Shown: piece by piece, positions 9,740 through 18,530 of the stretch
How the letters are laid out: the number at the start of each line of letters is the position of its first letter
Numbering within the stretch: position 1 is the first letter of the stretch
Assembly (NCBI GenBank): GCA_037441675.1
Contig: JBBIRS010000001.1
Location: forward strand, 224,001 to 288,000
Length of the DNA stretch: 64,000 nt
Direction: 5' to 3'
DNA from: Planctomycetales bacterium
Lineage (GTDB): Bacteria > 4484-113
The notes under the pieces: model-generated
Seen by the model: only the letters and a program-made list of their open reading frames with translations
Database searches by the model: none
Told to the model about the DNA's origin: nothing
Translations under genes and position numbers: made by a program

Positions 9740-12700
9740 ATGCTAGGCTTGTGGATAAAAAGGGATACACAAGGCGGGTTTGTTTTGCTCGCCGTAATTG
9801 CTTTCATAGCGATACTTCTCCCAATTGTCATTGTTATTTTATCAATCGTCGCTTCGGAAACCCACTCAGTTGGGGAGACAATTAAAGGCTCAAAGGCTGA
9901 GACCGCTGTGGATATGGCTATTGCTGGTGCCATTTCCTTAATAATCCAGGAAAAGCAACTTCCCAACTTTTGGGTAAGTGTAACACAACCCAACAATGCG
10001 ATAATCGTGGATGATGGTTTTGGTAATCGTCGTAATGATATTGCCAATAATGGCGCGGGCTTAGACGGTATTTATGGAACCGAGGACGATTACTGGATTG
10101 GCCCGAGAAAGGATAGGAGTTTCCTTCCGGGAGATGACCCGGACGACCCCCGAAACTACAACTACGATTTCCGATATCTGAATAATCACGGCCCAGCATA
10201 CTTGGCGCAAAGATGGGCTTTCTCCCTTGAGCGTAATCCCTTTTTCTTCGTGAGAACACCTCAGGCAGCCCCGGGTTTCATCCCTATTGAGCTATACAAC
10301 CAATTCGCTGCAGTCCGATCAGATGACGATGATGATGGTGTACCGGAGGGCTTCATCCCGGATGAGCTTGATATGCTTCTAACTCCGGGATACTACCCCA
10401 CCGCAATGCCAAGAAACGGTCCATACAACATAGACCTTACATCTCCCACCATTTTCCGTGATATGCTCAACTATCGTGTTCAGCCTTATTATGGCATCAC
10501 TGAGAATCTAGAGGAGGGACCTCTTCCCTCAAAATTTACGCGCTCTTATGCTTCTATAACAGATGAAAATGGACGCCTGAATCTAAATATATTCGTCAAA
10601 AAATTACGAGTATGGGCTCCTGAAGATAGCTCTTATGATAGTAGTGCACTGGATGGTCGTGCGACTTCGGATTTTAATGGCAACCAGATCCCAAATGAAT
10701 CAGGCTGGCATTGGATAGACAACCCGCTCTTCCCTGATAGGGATACGACATTAAAAGCCGACGGAACTCCCATTGATTTTGGAAGGTTAAGTAATAGTCC
10801 GAACCCCGCTTTAAGATTTCCAATAGATGGACAGGATGATATTGCAATAGCAGAACTCGGTGAAACTGTCCAGCATCTCTACTCAGAAGATTGGTATCTT
10901 TCAGCGAAGAAAAGTCTAAGTATGCTAGAAGCTTTACCTGGTATTGATCGTGAAATTGCTGAAAACATCCTTCAAACACTTAATCCCGTCTTTCCTAGCG
11001 ATGTTCAAACAAATTGGCCGCCTACGTCGAATAACGAGCGACCAGATGTGCCTAATCTCACTCCAGCCCTGATAGCAATTGACGTAACGACGGGTTTGGG
11101 AGGGGAAATAACTGATGTTGCTTGGGATTATTCACGGACTCAAGAGGACGACCTTCCTCTTCCTCAGCCCAAGCCATTCAACGATGTTAAGGAGCTATTA
11201 AATGTTCCTGGCGTGACCGTCACAAAGTACGAAAGGCTTAAGGACTTTGTGACAGTCTTTTCCTACGACACCAACGTCATTCAGAACTACATATCAGATG
11301 TTTCTTCTACGGTTGATCCAATCAATCCTCCGGATCTACCCCCGGGTTCCACTCGTAGAGAGATACCAGAATACTTAATTGATAGGGACAGTGTCCCAGA
11401 TTTGCGTTACGACTTAAATAAGCCTCTTCAGGATACATCTCTTTCCGCCCTAAGGGAAGAAGCGGACATACTTTATAAACACATTTTTAATCATTTACCT
11501 CTCCCAAACTTTCAGAAAATCTCGCTTCCAGTAATAGATAGGGCAGGAAGGGGTCCAAGCGATCACCTTCAGTCTGGTTTTAGAAGTCCATGGAATAACT
11601 CGTGTCCATATAATGTAGCGGAAACCGGCCATGAATATCCGTTGGAAGATGGCAGGGATTATGCTGCTCTTGACCCACCATTTTCCAGAGATTCAGCTCT
11701 ATCCATTCTCCTGTACCGTCACGGATTACGTCAAGAAACAGCCTATCACGGTTATGGTGAGCCGGGGCGTGAAGTGCGACCTGGTATTCCTGTTCCTGGT
11801 ACTCGCTCCTTTATTCCAATTGTTGAACCAATAATAATTCCAGGCTTTCTTAGCCTATATTTCCAGCCATCTTTCATTCCAGACCTTGAAACAACGCAAG
11901 AGTATGCAGAAATTCCGCCTCATACCTTTAGCTCAGTTGCTGATTTGCTTGAGGTTCCACTCTACAAGTTTAGCCAATTCAGTGTTGATATCATGGCAGA
12001 TCCACCCTCTGCCGCTCTTTGTCGCACTCGTGGTAACGATGAGGTCACCGTTCGTTACTATCTAACACTCTCTGATGTGCTTAAGGCTGGTGAATACAAC
12101 GACAACGGAACGCCCAGTGATCCAACCGACGATTCTCTGGCTTTCACTTATGAGATTGCCTGGGACTACAACAATGATGGCGTTCCGGAAGCTGAGATAC
12201 CTTTAGCTCTGAACGATACTCTTCGCCTGATAGGTCCACCGCCAACCCCGGAAAGACCTGCGGTTCTCACAACCTTCGATCAGGCGACAGGGCAAAGATA
12301 TATCACCTTTGATTGGACTTTCCAAGTTCAGGATGTTCCGAAAAAGGATAAGACTCTTGCGGGAACTTCAAGTGGAGATTTTGCCTATGATGCTTTCGGT
12401 AATCCATTCATAATAGGGCGAGCCCTCGGTGTAAAAGCTAGAGGAACTTCTGAGGAGACTCAAGCGGACGCTATAGTCCGAGTATACTTGCAGGAAAACT
12501 GCACCATCCCTCCACCCTTGAAGGTAAGTATCCTAGCTGTCCGTCAAAGTGAAGATACATTTATGCTGATGTCTTCAGTCGCCGGTGGAGTAGAGGATCC
12601 CAATCCGCTGAGAATCTATGATTGGGATATTGATGGCACACCTACGGACATAAATGGCACTTATCCGCCACAACCAAATGGTCGTGACCCAAGGACTGCG

Positions 12701-15700
12701 GTTGTTAGCCTCAATTCTCCGATTGTTAGACTAACCGTTTACGATATGTATGCGGAAGGTCTACCACCGGGAATTAGAATGCACCCGCCTGATAAAGTGA
12801 TACCACCAGGCATTTGGACAGCGATGTGGTTACCAAACGGCAGGCTTAATCCGGTATTTGGGGCAAATTGGGATCTACTTCCCGAGTCGAAGGACACTGA
12901 TGTCGGGGAAGTTGAACTGGTCGGAACTATTCCGCAAGTGCGTGCAGAAGTCGCTGTTGAACCTCCATCCATTGGCAGGGGTGATAACGTAGTAGTCCAC
13001 GTTGGTGCCTATGGCGGTAGGAGCCCCTACGATATTGATGTTCAAATTACCGGAGTAACATCTGGGACAGTGCTCTCCTATACCGCAAATGATTATGAAA
13101 GCAACACGCTCACCTTTGAAATTGGTCCCTTTACAGTTGAAGATGATTACAATGTAGCCCTTACCGTTACTGATTCCACTACTCCCATACCAACGGTAGA
13201 TGTTGATACAACATCACTAATTGTAGGCACAGCGGGAAGTCGTGGTCAGAGGTTTACGAACGTTCCCCAAATGGTTGCTTCTATCAACCTAGAGGAATTA
13301 GACTTGCCCAACAAAGGCTTCCGCGCCACTATGAGCGTAAGTGGCGGTAGAGGTGGATTAGGCTACTACTGGCAGGTATTTGATGAGAATGGACAAATAG
13401 CCCGCGACATAGAAGGTCGTGAGATGGTTTCCAACGAGCCCGCACCGGTCTTTCAATTTGACCCAAGTGCCGCGTCTGATGGCGTTTATATGGTAAAGGG
13501 GATGGTGATTGACCAGGCGGACGTTAATCCATACGTGGCATCCAATGTAACTATGGCGACGGATTCAGCGATGGTTGTCATTGCCTCAAGTGGTAGCGAC
13601 TTTGAAAACGAACCGATGGCTATTCTCTCTGCAACACCTCCGGGAAATGACGCTAGTGCCTTGGATACAACTCCTCAACCACCACCCGCAGTTTATGGCG
13701 CGGGGCCAGAGCCTATAATTACCACAGAAGCTGGCATACCCGGCGTAAGCCCTGAGATTGCTGGAGTTGGCTCAAGCATTGAAATACGAGGCTACAACTT
13801 TAACTCTAACCCAGCGAACAACATAGTTCACTTTGGTGGCGGAGTAAGTGCGGAAGCATACTCCGTGGAGGACGACCCAAGTTACGCCGGTCCACCTCCT
13901 GTAAGGCAAATTCTACGAGTTATTGTTCCTGATGGAGCTCGCTCCGGTTGGCTTTACGTCACTGTAAACGTTGGTGGTAATGGTGGCGTTTCAAATAGTG
14001 TTTTCTTCCAAACCCGTTTCGTGGTGAACTTTGATTTGATAGCTTCGGTTAGCCCGCAAGTGAATCACAGATACACCTACGAACTGGACTTTCAGGGTGA
14101 TGGAATCTATGACGTCCTGATTGACACCTCATCAACTGGAACCAATCCTCGTCAAATGCGTCACGAAAATAATCTTTCTCTCCAGCATGACTATGCTTCG
14201 GATGGTTTTGGAAACTACCAGGCGACATTGAAAGTAACAGATACAACTTCCGGTAGGGTGGAGATTGGTCATCAGCTGATTCAAGTGCGTAACCTAAGAC
14301 CCGTAATGACAAGTTCGAGTAATGCCCCGGAAGCTTTCGGCTTAATTACAAGCCTCATTCCTTCCATAGTGGAGAGATACCCAATACCAGGCTCTGGACT
14401 TACCGTGAGAACCTCTACAGGCGGTATGTCATCCTTATCAGGCATTCGCTATAAGTGGAATATAGACGGCAATGCTCGTGGAAGCTCAGTTCGGGCAACT
14501 TATCCAAGTCCAGCCAATCCGGGAAGAACCTTGAACGTGAACTTGTTTGCGACTGTCTCCGCTGATGCCACCTTTGCCAGCATTGGTATTCCAATAAAGT
14601 ATTTTGCCAACCTCAGATTCAACTTTACTACTACCGATACTGACATATTTAATATCACCTTAGATGAAGATGAAAGCCAGACCATCCTTGAATGGGACTT
14701 TAATGGTGATACAACGCCTGATTACATTAGTTCAGCAGGAGCAATAACCGCAAGCACCTATACAGCTCTTGCGAAAGCAATGGCGACTGCTGACCAAACT
14801 ATATTCAACACCATTGGCGACTACACAGGTTTTCTTAGGGTTTCCACTCGTGCAATTGTTACCGATAACAATAATAACCAGTATCCTGTAGCGATCACCT
14901 TCGCTACACCGCTTAATCTTCCCACAGTGACCATTAGCAACGTACTCAACACTTTATATCTTCCCTCCCTTGGCAATGACACTGATCATCTAATCTCTGT
15001 AACTGCGGTGGCGGAGGAAATTGACTCTGCCACAGGTGTTACAAGGTTTATTTCCGCCACGGATACAATTCACATTCCAAGCGCGAACAATCCGCTAAAT
15101 AACGTATTTGCATATTCAGGAACGGAGCCCCCATATAGCATTGGTAATACAGCGAGCACCATCAACTACACATTAATCGGAATATACGGTTCAGGCGCGC
15201 CATTGAATTTCTGGGCTGATATTAATACGGATGGATACTTTGAAATAGGTCAGATAAACTACTTTAATCCCCAGTCAGTTTCAAGAGTTACAGCCCAAAA
15301 TGATATTAATCGCTTGAACCCAGGTGCTACTAATTCTTTCCCGACTGAGCTGCCTGGTGTCAACTTCACCTTAATAAGCGTGCAAACCCCAATTGTAGCC
15401 GCAAAGGGAGTATACACTTCCTACGCACTGATCAAGGACGCCGGGGGAGTGGGTAGTGTTGGTGGGAGAAGCAGGACGCAAACCTACGCCTTTGAAACAC
15501 AAGAAATATTCGTGGGCGGTGGCAGAAGCGGAGGCGGTGGCGCATTAAGGCTCGCGGTTGATATTTTCCTTAATCCTCTGGTTGGCACGACAACCCAAGC
15601 GGTTGACTTCCAGTCCTTCGTCTCTGGTGGAACTCTGCCTTACAGTTACCAGTGGACAATTAGGCGGGTAGATACTGGTACAATAATCAACTTTGAAAAT

Positions 15701-18289
15701 CCAACGCAAGCGAATATACCAAATCCCGTCTTTGTTGCTGCAACCGATGCTATTGACGAATCTACAAGTGTTGGCTTTCCACTAGAGGGTGATTATGAAG
15801 TTCAGCTAACCGTTTTTGATGCCTTCGGTGCGGTAGCTGGAAGCAAGAGAGTTATTTTAACTCTAAAATCAGTTGCCCTGTCCGCCCAGCTAATGGCGGT
15901 TCCGCCATCCGCAACAGTTGATGAGCCGGTTAACTACATAGTCTATATTGATGGTGGTCAACCGCCATATCAAGTGACTATTTCCTACGACGATCCGAAC
16001 GATGCTAGGGTGGACACGGTAACAACTTGGGGAAGTTACGCTTTCTTCTCCCACGTCTATGACGCAGTATGGCTGGATAGAAGCACTCCAGCCAACGGAA
16101 GATACGATGACCCAGAAGATGGTGTTGACCCATACATAATCGTTACAGATAGTTCCACTCCACCTCAGAGAGTAGTTGGAATAGAGGGCGACCCAGACTT
16201 CTCCATTAACGCAGTTCAGAAGGTATTGGTGGGAGAGAGGCTTCCTCTTAATATTACATTGGTGGCAGCGCCAACAAGCGGTAATGATAATTTTGATATT
16301 CAAGTTAACTACTCGGTAGCAGGCGGAAGGAAATTCTCAAGTGGTTCTTTAGGTCAGTTAGGTGGTTTTGGTGCAGGCAGAAACAGGTTCAGCCTCGGCT
16401 CTGAAGACGACTACTTCGTGACAGTTGCTCTGATTGAAGCTGGTGGCTCGACGCCATCAGGCGGGTTTAGGCAAAGTGGGTTCGGGGGATTATTTGGTGC
16501 AGGTTTTGGAAGGTTCTCCGACGTTACGTTCCGAACTCAGGCTACAACCATAATCAACCCATTAGGGGATGACGGTATCTTTATGAATGGAGATTCTGGT
16601 GAGGTTTACGACCCAATTTACTTCCATATACCTCAACCTGGCAACTACATAGTTATGGCTTTTGTTAGTGATGGCGCTGGCGAATGGGCGGTTGACCAAA
16701 CTAGAATTTACTCTGAGGGTTATCTATCTCCTGCGCCCACCTCTACCACAAAAGCTCCAAAGGTGCGAGTTGATGGGGATGGTAGACCCTTGCACGCCGT
16801 TCGCATTTGGACTGATCCTCTCTATGTTGATAGTCGCGGCGGAGACTACAATAGTAATGACTACAGATTGAGAGAGGCTGATATACAGGTATTTGGCGAC
16901 CTACTGACTGTTGATCCAAGCCCGAACTTCCTCTCCCCAGCAATGTTTGCGGCGAAAGATCCGAGTGACGCAAGCCCATACAGTATGAGCTACCTCCTTA
17001 ATCCGGAAGACCCAACGCCAGTAGATTTCTATGATACGTTCACCATAGGTAGAGTGAATATCAACACAGCCTCAGAAGAAGTTCTCGCAGCGGTGTTTGG
17101 CAAGATAATAAAGCGAAGGGGTTATTATGAGGAAGATGATACCGCTCAGGATCCGCCGAGATGGAAGCGAGGCGATAGAAATTATTCCGAGGACGTTTAT
17201 CTTTCTCGCGAGGAGGCTCGTGCCTTAGCGCGAGCAGTTGTGGAATACAGGAATGCTTATTATGATGCCTATAAACCGAGAGTGTCTGGTGGTGGCTTTT
17301 TCTACGGTCATGGCACTTCCAATAATCCTTACCAAAGTGGAGACATCAGAGTTGACCATCTACCGGTAATTGGTCCATGGGATGGCGTTAATCCTAAGGT
17401 TTATGATGTGAATAGTCGTGACGCTGAACTGCCAGATTATCGAGATATAACAGTAATCAACACATGGGACAACTACCGCGGAAACTACTATAACCTTGAG
17501 TCTACCACGGGAAGCTTCCCGCTTAAATTCTACGCGCCTAGCGATATTGCAGTAGTTCGCGCCCAGCGACCAGGTGAATCCGATGAGGCTTATGCTAAAT
17601 ACCTTAATGACACACTCGCTAACAACACCGAGTTAACCGATCCCTTGGGCATAGATACCACCGCAGGTTTTGATGCCAGACACTACTTCGTCTATGACAC
17701 TAGCCAGGGAGAGGATCGTTCGGATGCGCGCAACCGAATAGCAATTATAAACAGCAATGGCGAGAGCGGTTACACCTTCATTCCCAACCCGCCGTTCCAG
17801 TCTATTTTTGACCTTTACAAGGTTGTGGGCGTGTCTGATCCTGACCTTTACGCTTTGGTTGACCCCAATCCTCGTTCCTTTGATCTGTACCAAAACGGTG
17901 ACGGTATTAAGTTTGATCCAACAACATTTTTCACTGTCAATGAACGCACCCTTTCAGGCCCAAGTCTCTTCAGGTATTCAGAAATCTGGGATTGGCGGGA
18001 GAATAGATTCCTCCCCACCGCAAATTATCTTGACGACATAGCCCCCTACATCACGACAAGAACATACATGTATCGTATTCTAGGTATTGGTGGAGTTGAT
18101 ATCTCTGGTTTAACTGAAAATAATCCAGTTACCCTAGATAGAATTGATCGTGACATGAGTAAAGAGATAATAATAGACGCAGGTAATATGCGACTACCTT
18201 CGGAAAGCTCGATATTTGGTACAACTATCAGAAGTGGAGGTCCATACACCGTCGTTTACGAGGAGCGTTCTTCTGGCGCATTAGAGTAG
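9740..18289 (+). CDS. gspK: Giant GspK/PilX-like tip (pseudo)pilin with inserted PKD/Ig-like and IPT/TIG-like repeats, 2849 aa
   Basis: QGG/FVLLAVIAFIAILL lacking E5; ITDENGRLNLN; LEALPGID; FNDVKELLNVPGVTVTKYERLKDFVTVFS; then near C-terminus GRVNINTASEEVL, ARALARAVVEYR, PFQSIFDLYKVVG, IAPYITTRTYMYRILGIG. Confidence 0.85.
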   Translation: MLGLWIKRDTQGGFVLLAVIAFIAILLPIVIVILSIVASETHSVGETIKGSKAETAVDMAIAGAISLIIQEKQLPNFWVSVTQPNNAIIVDDGFGNRRNDIANNGAGLDGIYGTEDDYWIGPRKDRSFLPGDDPDDPRNYNYDFRYLNNHGPAYLAQRWAFSLERNPFFFVRTPQAAPGFIPIELYNQFAAVRSDDDDDGVPEGFIPDELDMLLTPGYYPTAMPRNGPYNIDLTSPTIFRDMLNYRVQPYYGITENLEEGPLPSKFTRSYASITDENGRLNLNIFVKKLRVWAPEDSSYDSSALDGRATSDFNGNQIPNESGWHWIDNPLFPDRDTTLKADGTPIDFGRLSNSPNPALRFPIDGQDDIAIAELGETVQHLYSEDWYLSAKKSLSMLEALPGIDREIAENILQTLNPVFPSDVQTNWPPTSNNERPDVPNLTPALIAIDVTTGLGGEITDVAWDYSRTQEDDLPLPQPKPFNDVKELLNVPGVTVTKYERLKDFVTVFSYDTNVIQNYISDVSSTVDPINPPDLPPGSTRREIPEYLIDRDSVPDLRYDLNKPLQDTSLSALREEADILYKHIFNHLPLPNFQKISLPVIDRAGRGPSDHLQSGFRSPWNNSCPYNVAETGHEYPLEDGRDYAALDPPFSRDSALSILLYRHGLRQETAYHGYGEPGREVRPGIPVPGTRSFIPIVEPIIIPGFLSLYFQPSFIPDLETTQEYAEIPPHTFSSVADLLEVPLYKFSQFSVDIMADPPSAALCRTRGNDEVTVRYYLTLSDVLKAGEYNDNGTPSDPTDDSLAFTYEIAWDYNNDGVPEAEIPLALNDTLRLIGPPPTPERPAVLTTFDQATGQRYITFDWTFQVQDVPKKDKTLAGTSSGDFAYDAFGNPFIIGRALGVKARGTSEETQADAIVRVYLQENCTIPPPLKVSILAVRQSEDTFMLMSSVAGGVEDPNPLRIYDWDIDGTPTDINGTYPPQPNGRDPRTAVVSLNSPIVRLTVYDMYAEGLPPGIRMHPPDKVIPPGIWTAMWLPNGRLNPVFGANWDLLPESKDTDVGEVELVGTIPQVRAEVAVEPPSIGRGDNVVVHVGAYGGRSPYDIDVQITGVTSGTVLSYTANDYESNTLTFEIGPFTVEDDYNVALTVTDSTTPIPTVDVDTTSLIVGTAGSRGQRFTNVPQMVASINLEELDLPNKGFRATMSVSGGRGGLGYYWQVFDENGQIARDIEGREMVSNEPAPVFQFDPSAASDGVYMVKGMVIDQADVNPYVASNVTMATDSAMVVIASSGSDFENEPMAILSATPPGNDASALDTTPQPPPAVYGAGPEPIITTEAGIPGVSPEIAGVGSSIEIRGYNFNSNPANNIVHFGGGVSAEAYSVEDDPSYAGPPPVRQILRVIVPDGARSGWLYVTVNVGGNGGVSNSVFFQTRFVVNFDLIASVSPQVNHRYTYELDFQGDGIYDVLIDTSSTGTNPRQMRHENNLSLQHDYASDGFGNYQATLKVTDTTSGRVEIGHQLIQVRNLRPVMTSSSNAPEAFGLITSLIPSIVERYPIPGSGLTVRTSTGGMSSLSGIRYKWNIDGNARGSSVRATYPSPANPGRTLNVNLFATVSADATFASIGIPIKYFANLRFNFTTTDTDIFNITLDEDESQTILEWDFNGDTTPDYISSAGAITASTYTALAKAMATADQTIFNTIGDYTGFLRVSTRAIVTDNNNNQYPVAITFATPLNLPTVTISNVLNTLYLPSLGNDTDHLISVTAVAEEIDSATGVTRFISATDTIHIPSANNPLNNVFAYSGTEPPYSIGNTASTINYTLIGIYGSGAPLNFWADINTDGYFEIGQINYFNPQSVSRVTAQNDINRLNPGATNSFPTELPGVNFTLISVQTPIVAAKGVYTSYALIKDAGGVGSVGGRSRTQTYAFETQEIFVGGGRSGGGGALRLAVDIFLNPLVGTTTQAVDFQSFVSGGTLPYSYQWTIRRVDTGTIINFENPTQANIPNPVFVAATDAIDESTSVGFPLEGDYEVQLTVFDAFGAVAGSKRVILTLKSVALSAQLMAVPPSATVDEPVNYIVYIDGGQPPYQVTISYDDPNDARVDTVTTWGSYAFFSHVYDAVWLDRSTPANGRYDDPEDGVDPYIIVTDSSTPPQRVVGIEGDPDFSINAVQKVLVGERLPLNITLVAAPTSGNDNFDIQVNYSVAGGRKFSSGSLGQLGGFGAGRNRFSLGSEDDYFVTVALIEAGGSTPSGGFRQSGFGGLFGAGFGRFSDVTFRTQATTIINPLGDDGIFMNGDSGEVYDPIYFHIPQPGNYIVMAFVSDGAGEWAVDQTRIYSEGYLSPAPTSTTKAPKVRVDGDGRPLHAVRIWTDPLYVDSRGGDYNSNDYRLREADIQVFGDLLTVDPSPNFLSPAMFAAKDPSDASPYSMSYLLNPEDPTPVDFYDTFTIGRVNINTASEEVLAAVFGKIIKRRGYYEEDDTAQDPPRWKRGDRNYSEDVYLSREEARALARAVVEYRNAYYDAYKPRVSGGGFFYGHGTSNNPYQSGDIRVDHLPVIGPWDGVNPKVYDVNSRDAELPDYRDITVINTWDNYRGNYYNLESTTGSFPLKFYAPSDIAVVRAQRPGESDEAYAKYLNDTLANNTELTDPLGIDTTAGFDARHYFVYDTSQGEDRSDARNRIAIINSNGESGYTFIPNPPFQSIFDLYKVVGVSDPDLYALVDPNPRSFDLYQNGDGIKFDPTTFFTVNERTLSGPSLFRYSEIWDWRENRFLPTANYLDDIAPYITTRTYMYRILGIGGVDISGLTENNPVTLDRIDRDMSKEIIIDAGNMRLPSESSIFGTTIRSGGPYTVVYEERSSGALE

Positions 18290-18383
18290 ATGATCTTGAT
18301 TCATTCTTTCAAGTGAAATGTAGGGCGACCTTCAAAGAATATCTTCGGTTTCAAATCCACAAAACCGATAATTTGAGTGTTTC

Positions 18384-18412
18384 TTGACAGGATAATCTTT
18401 ATCCCTTAAAAT
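18384..18412 (+). promoter_or_regulatory. Sigma70-type promoter of the secretin-pilMNOP operon
   Basis: TTGACA (18384-18389), 17-nt spacer, TAAAAT (18407-18412); AGGAGG RBS before ATG 18531. Confidence 0.75.
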
Positions 18413-18530
18413 CACTTAGTCAATTTGATATTAACAAGTAAGTTTTGCTTTTACAATCCCAGGGGGAATGGCAAGGCGGAGACGCGCGTTGATATTAAAA
18501 CTAAATTGGTAGTTTAGGAGGGAATCTCTT

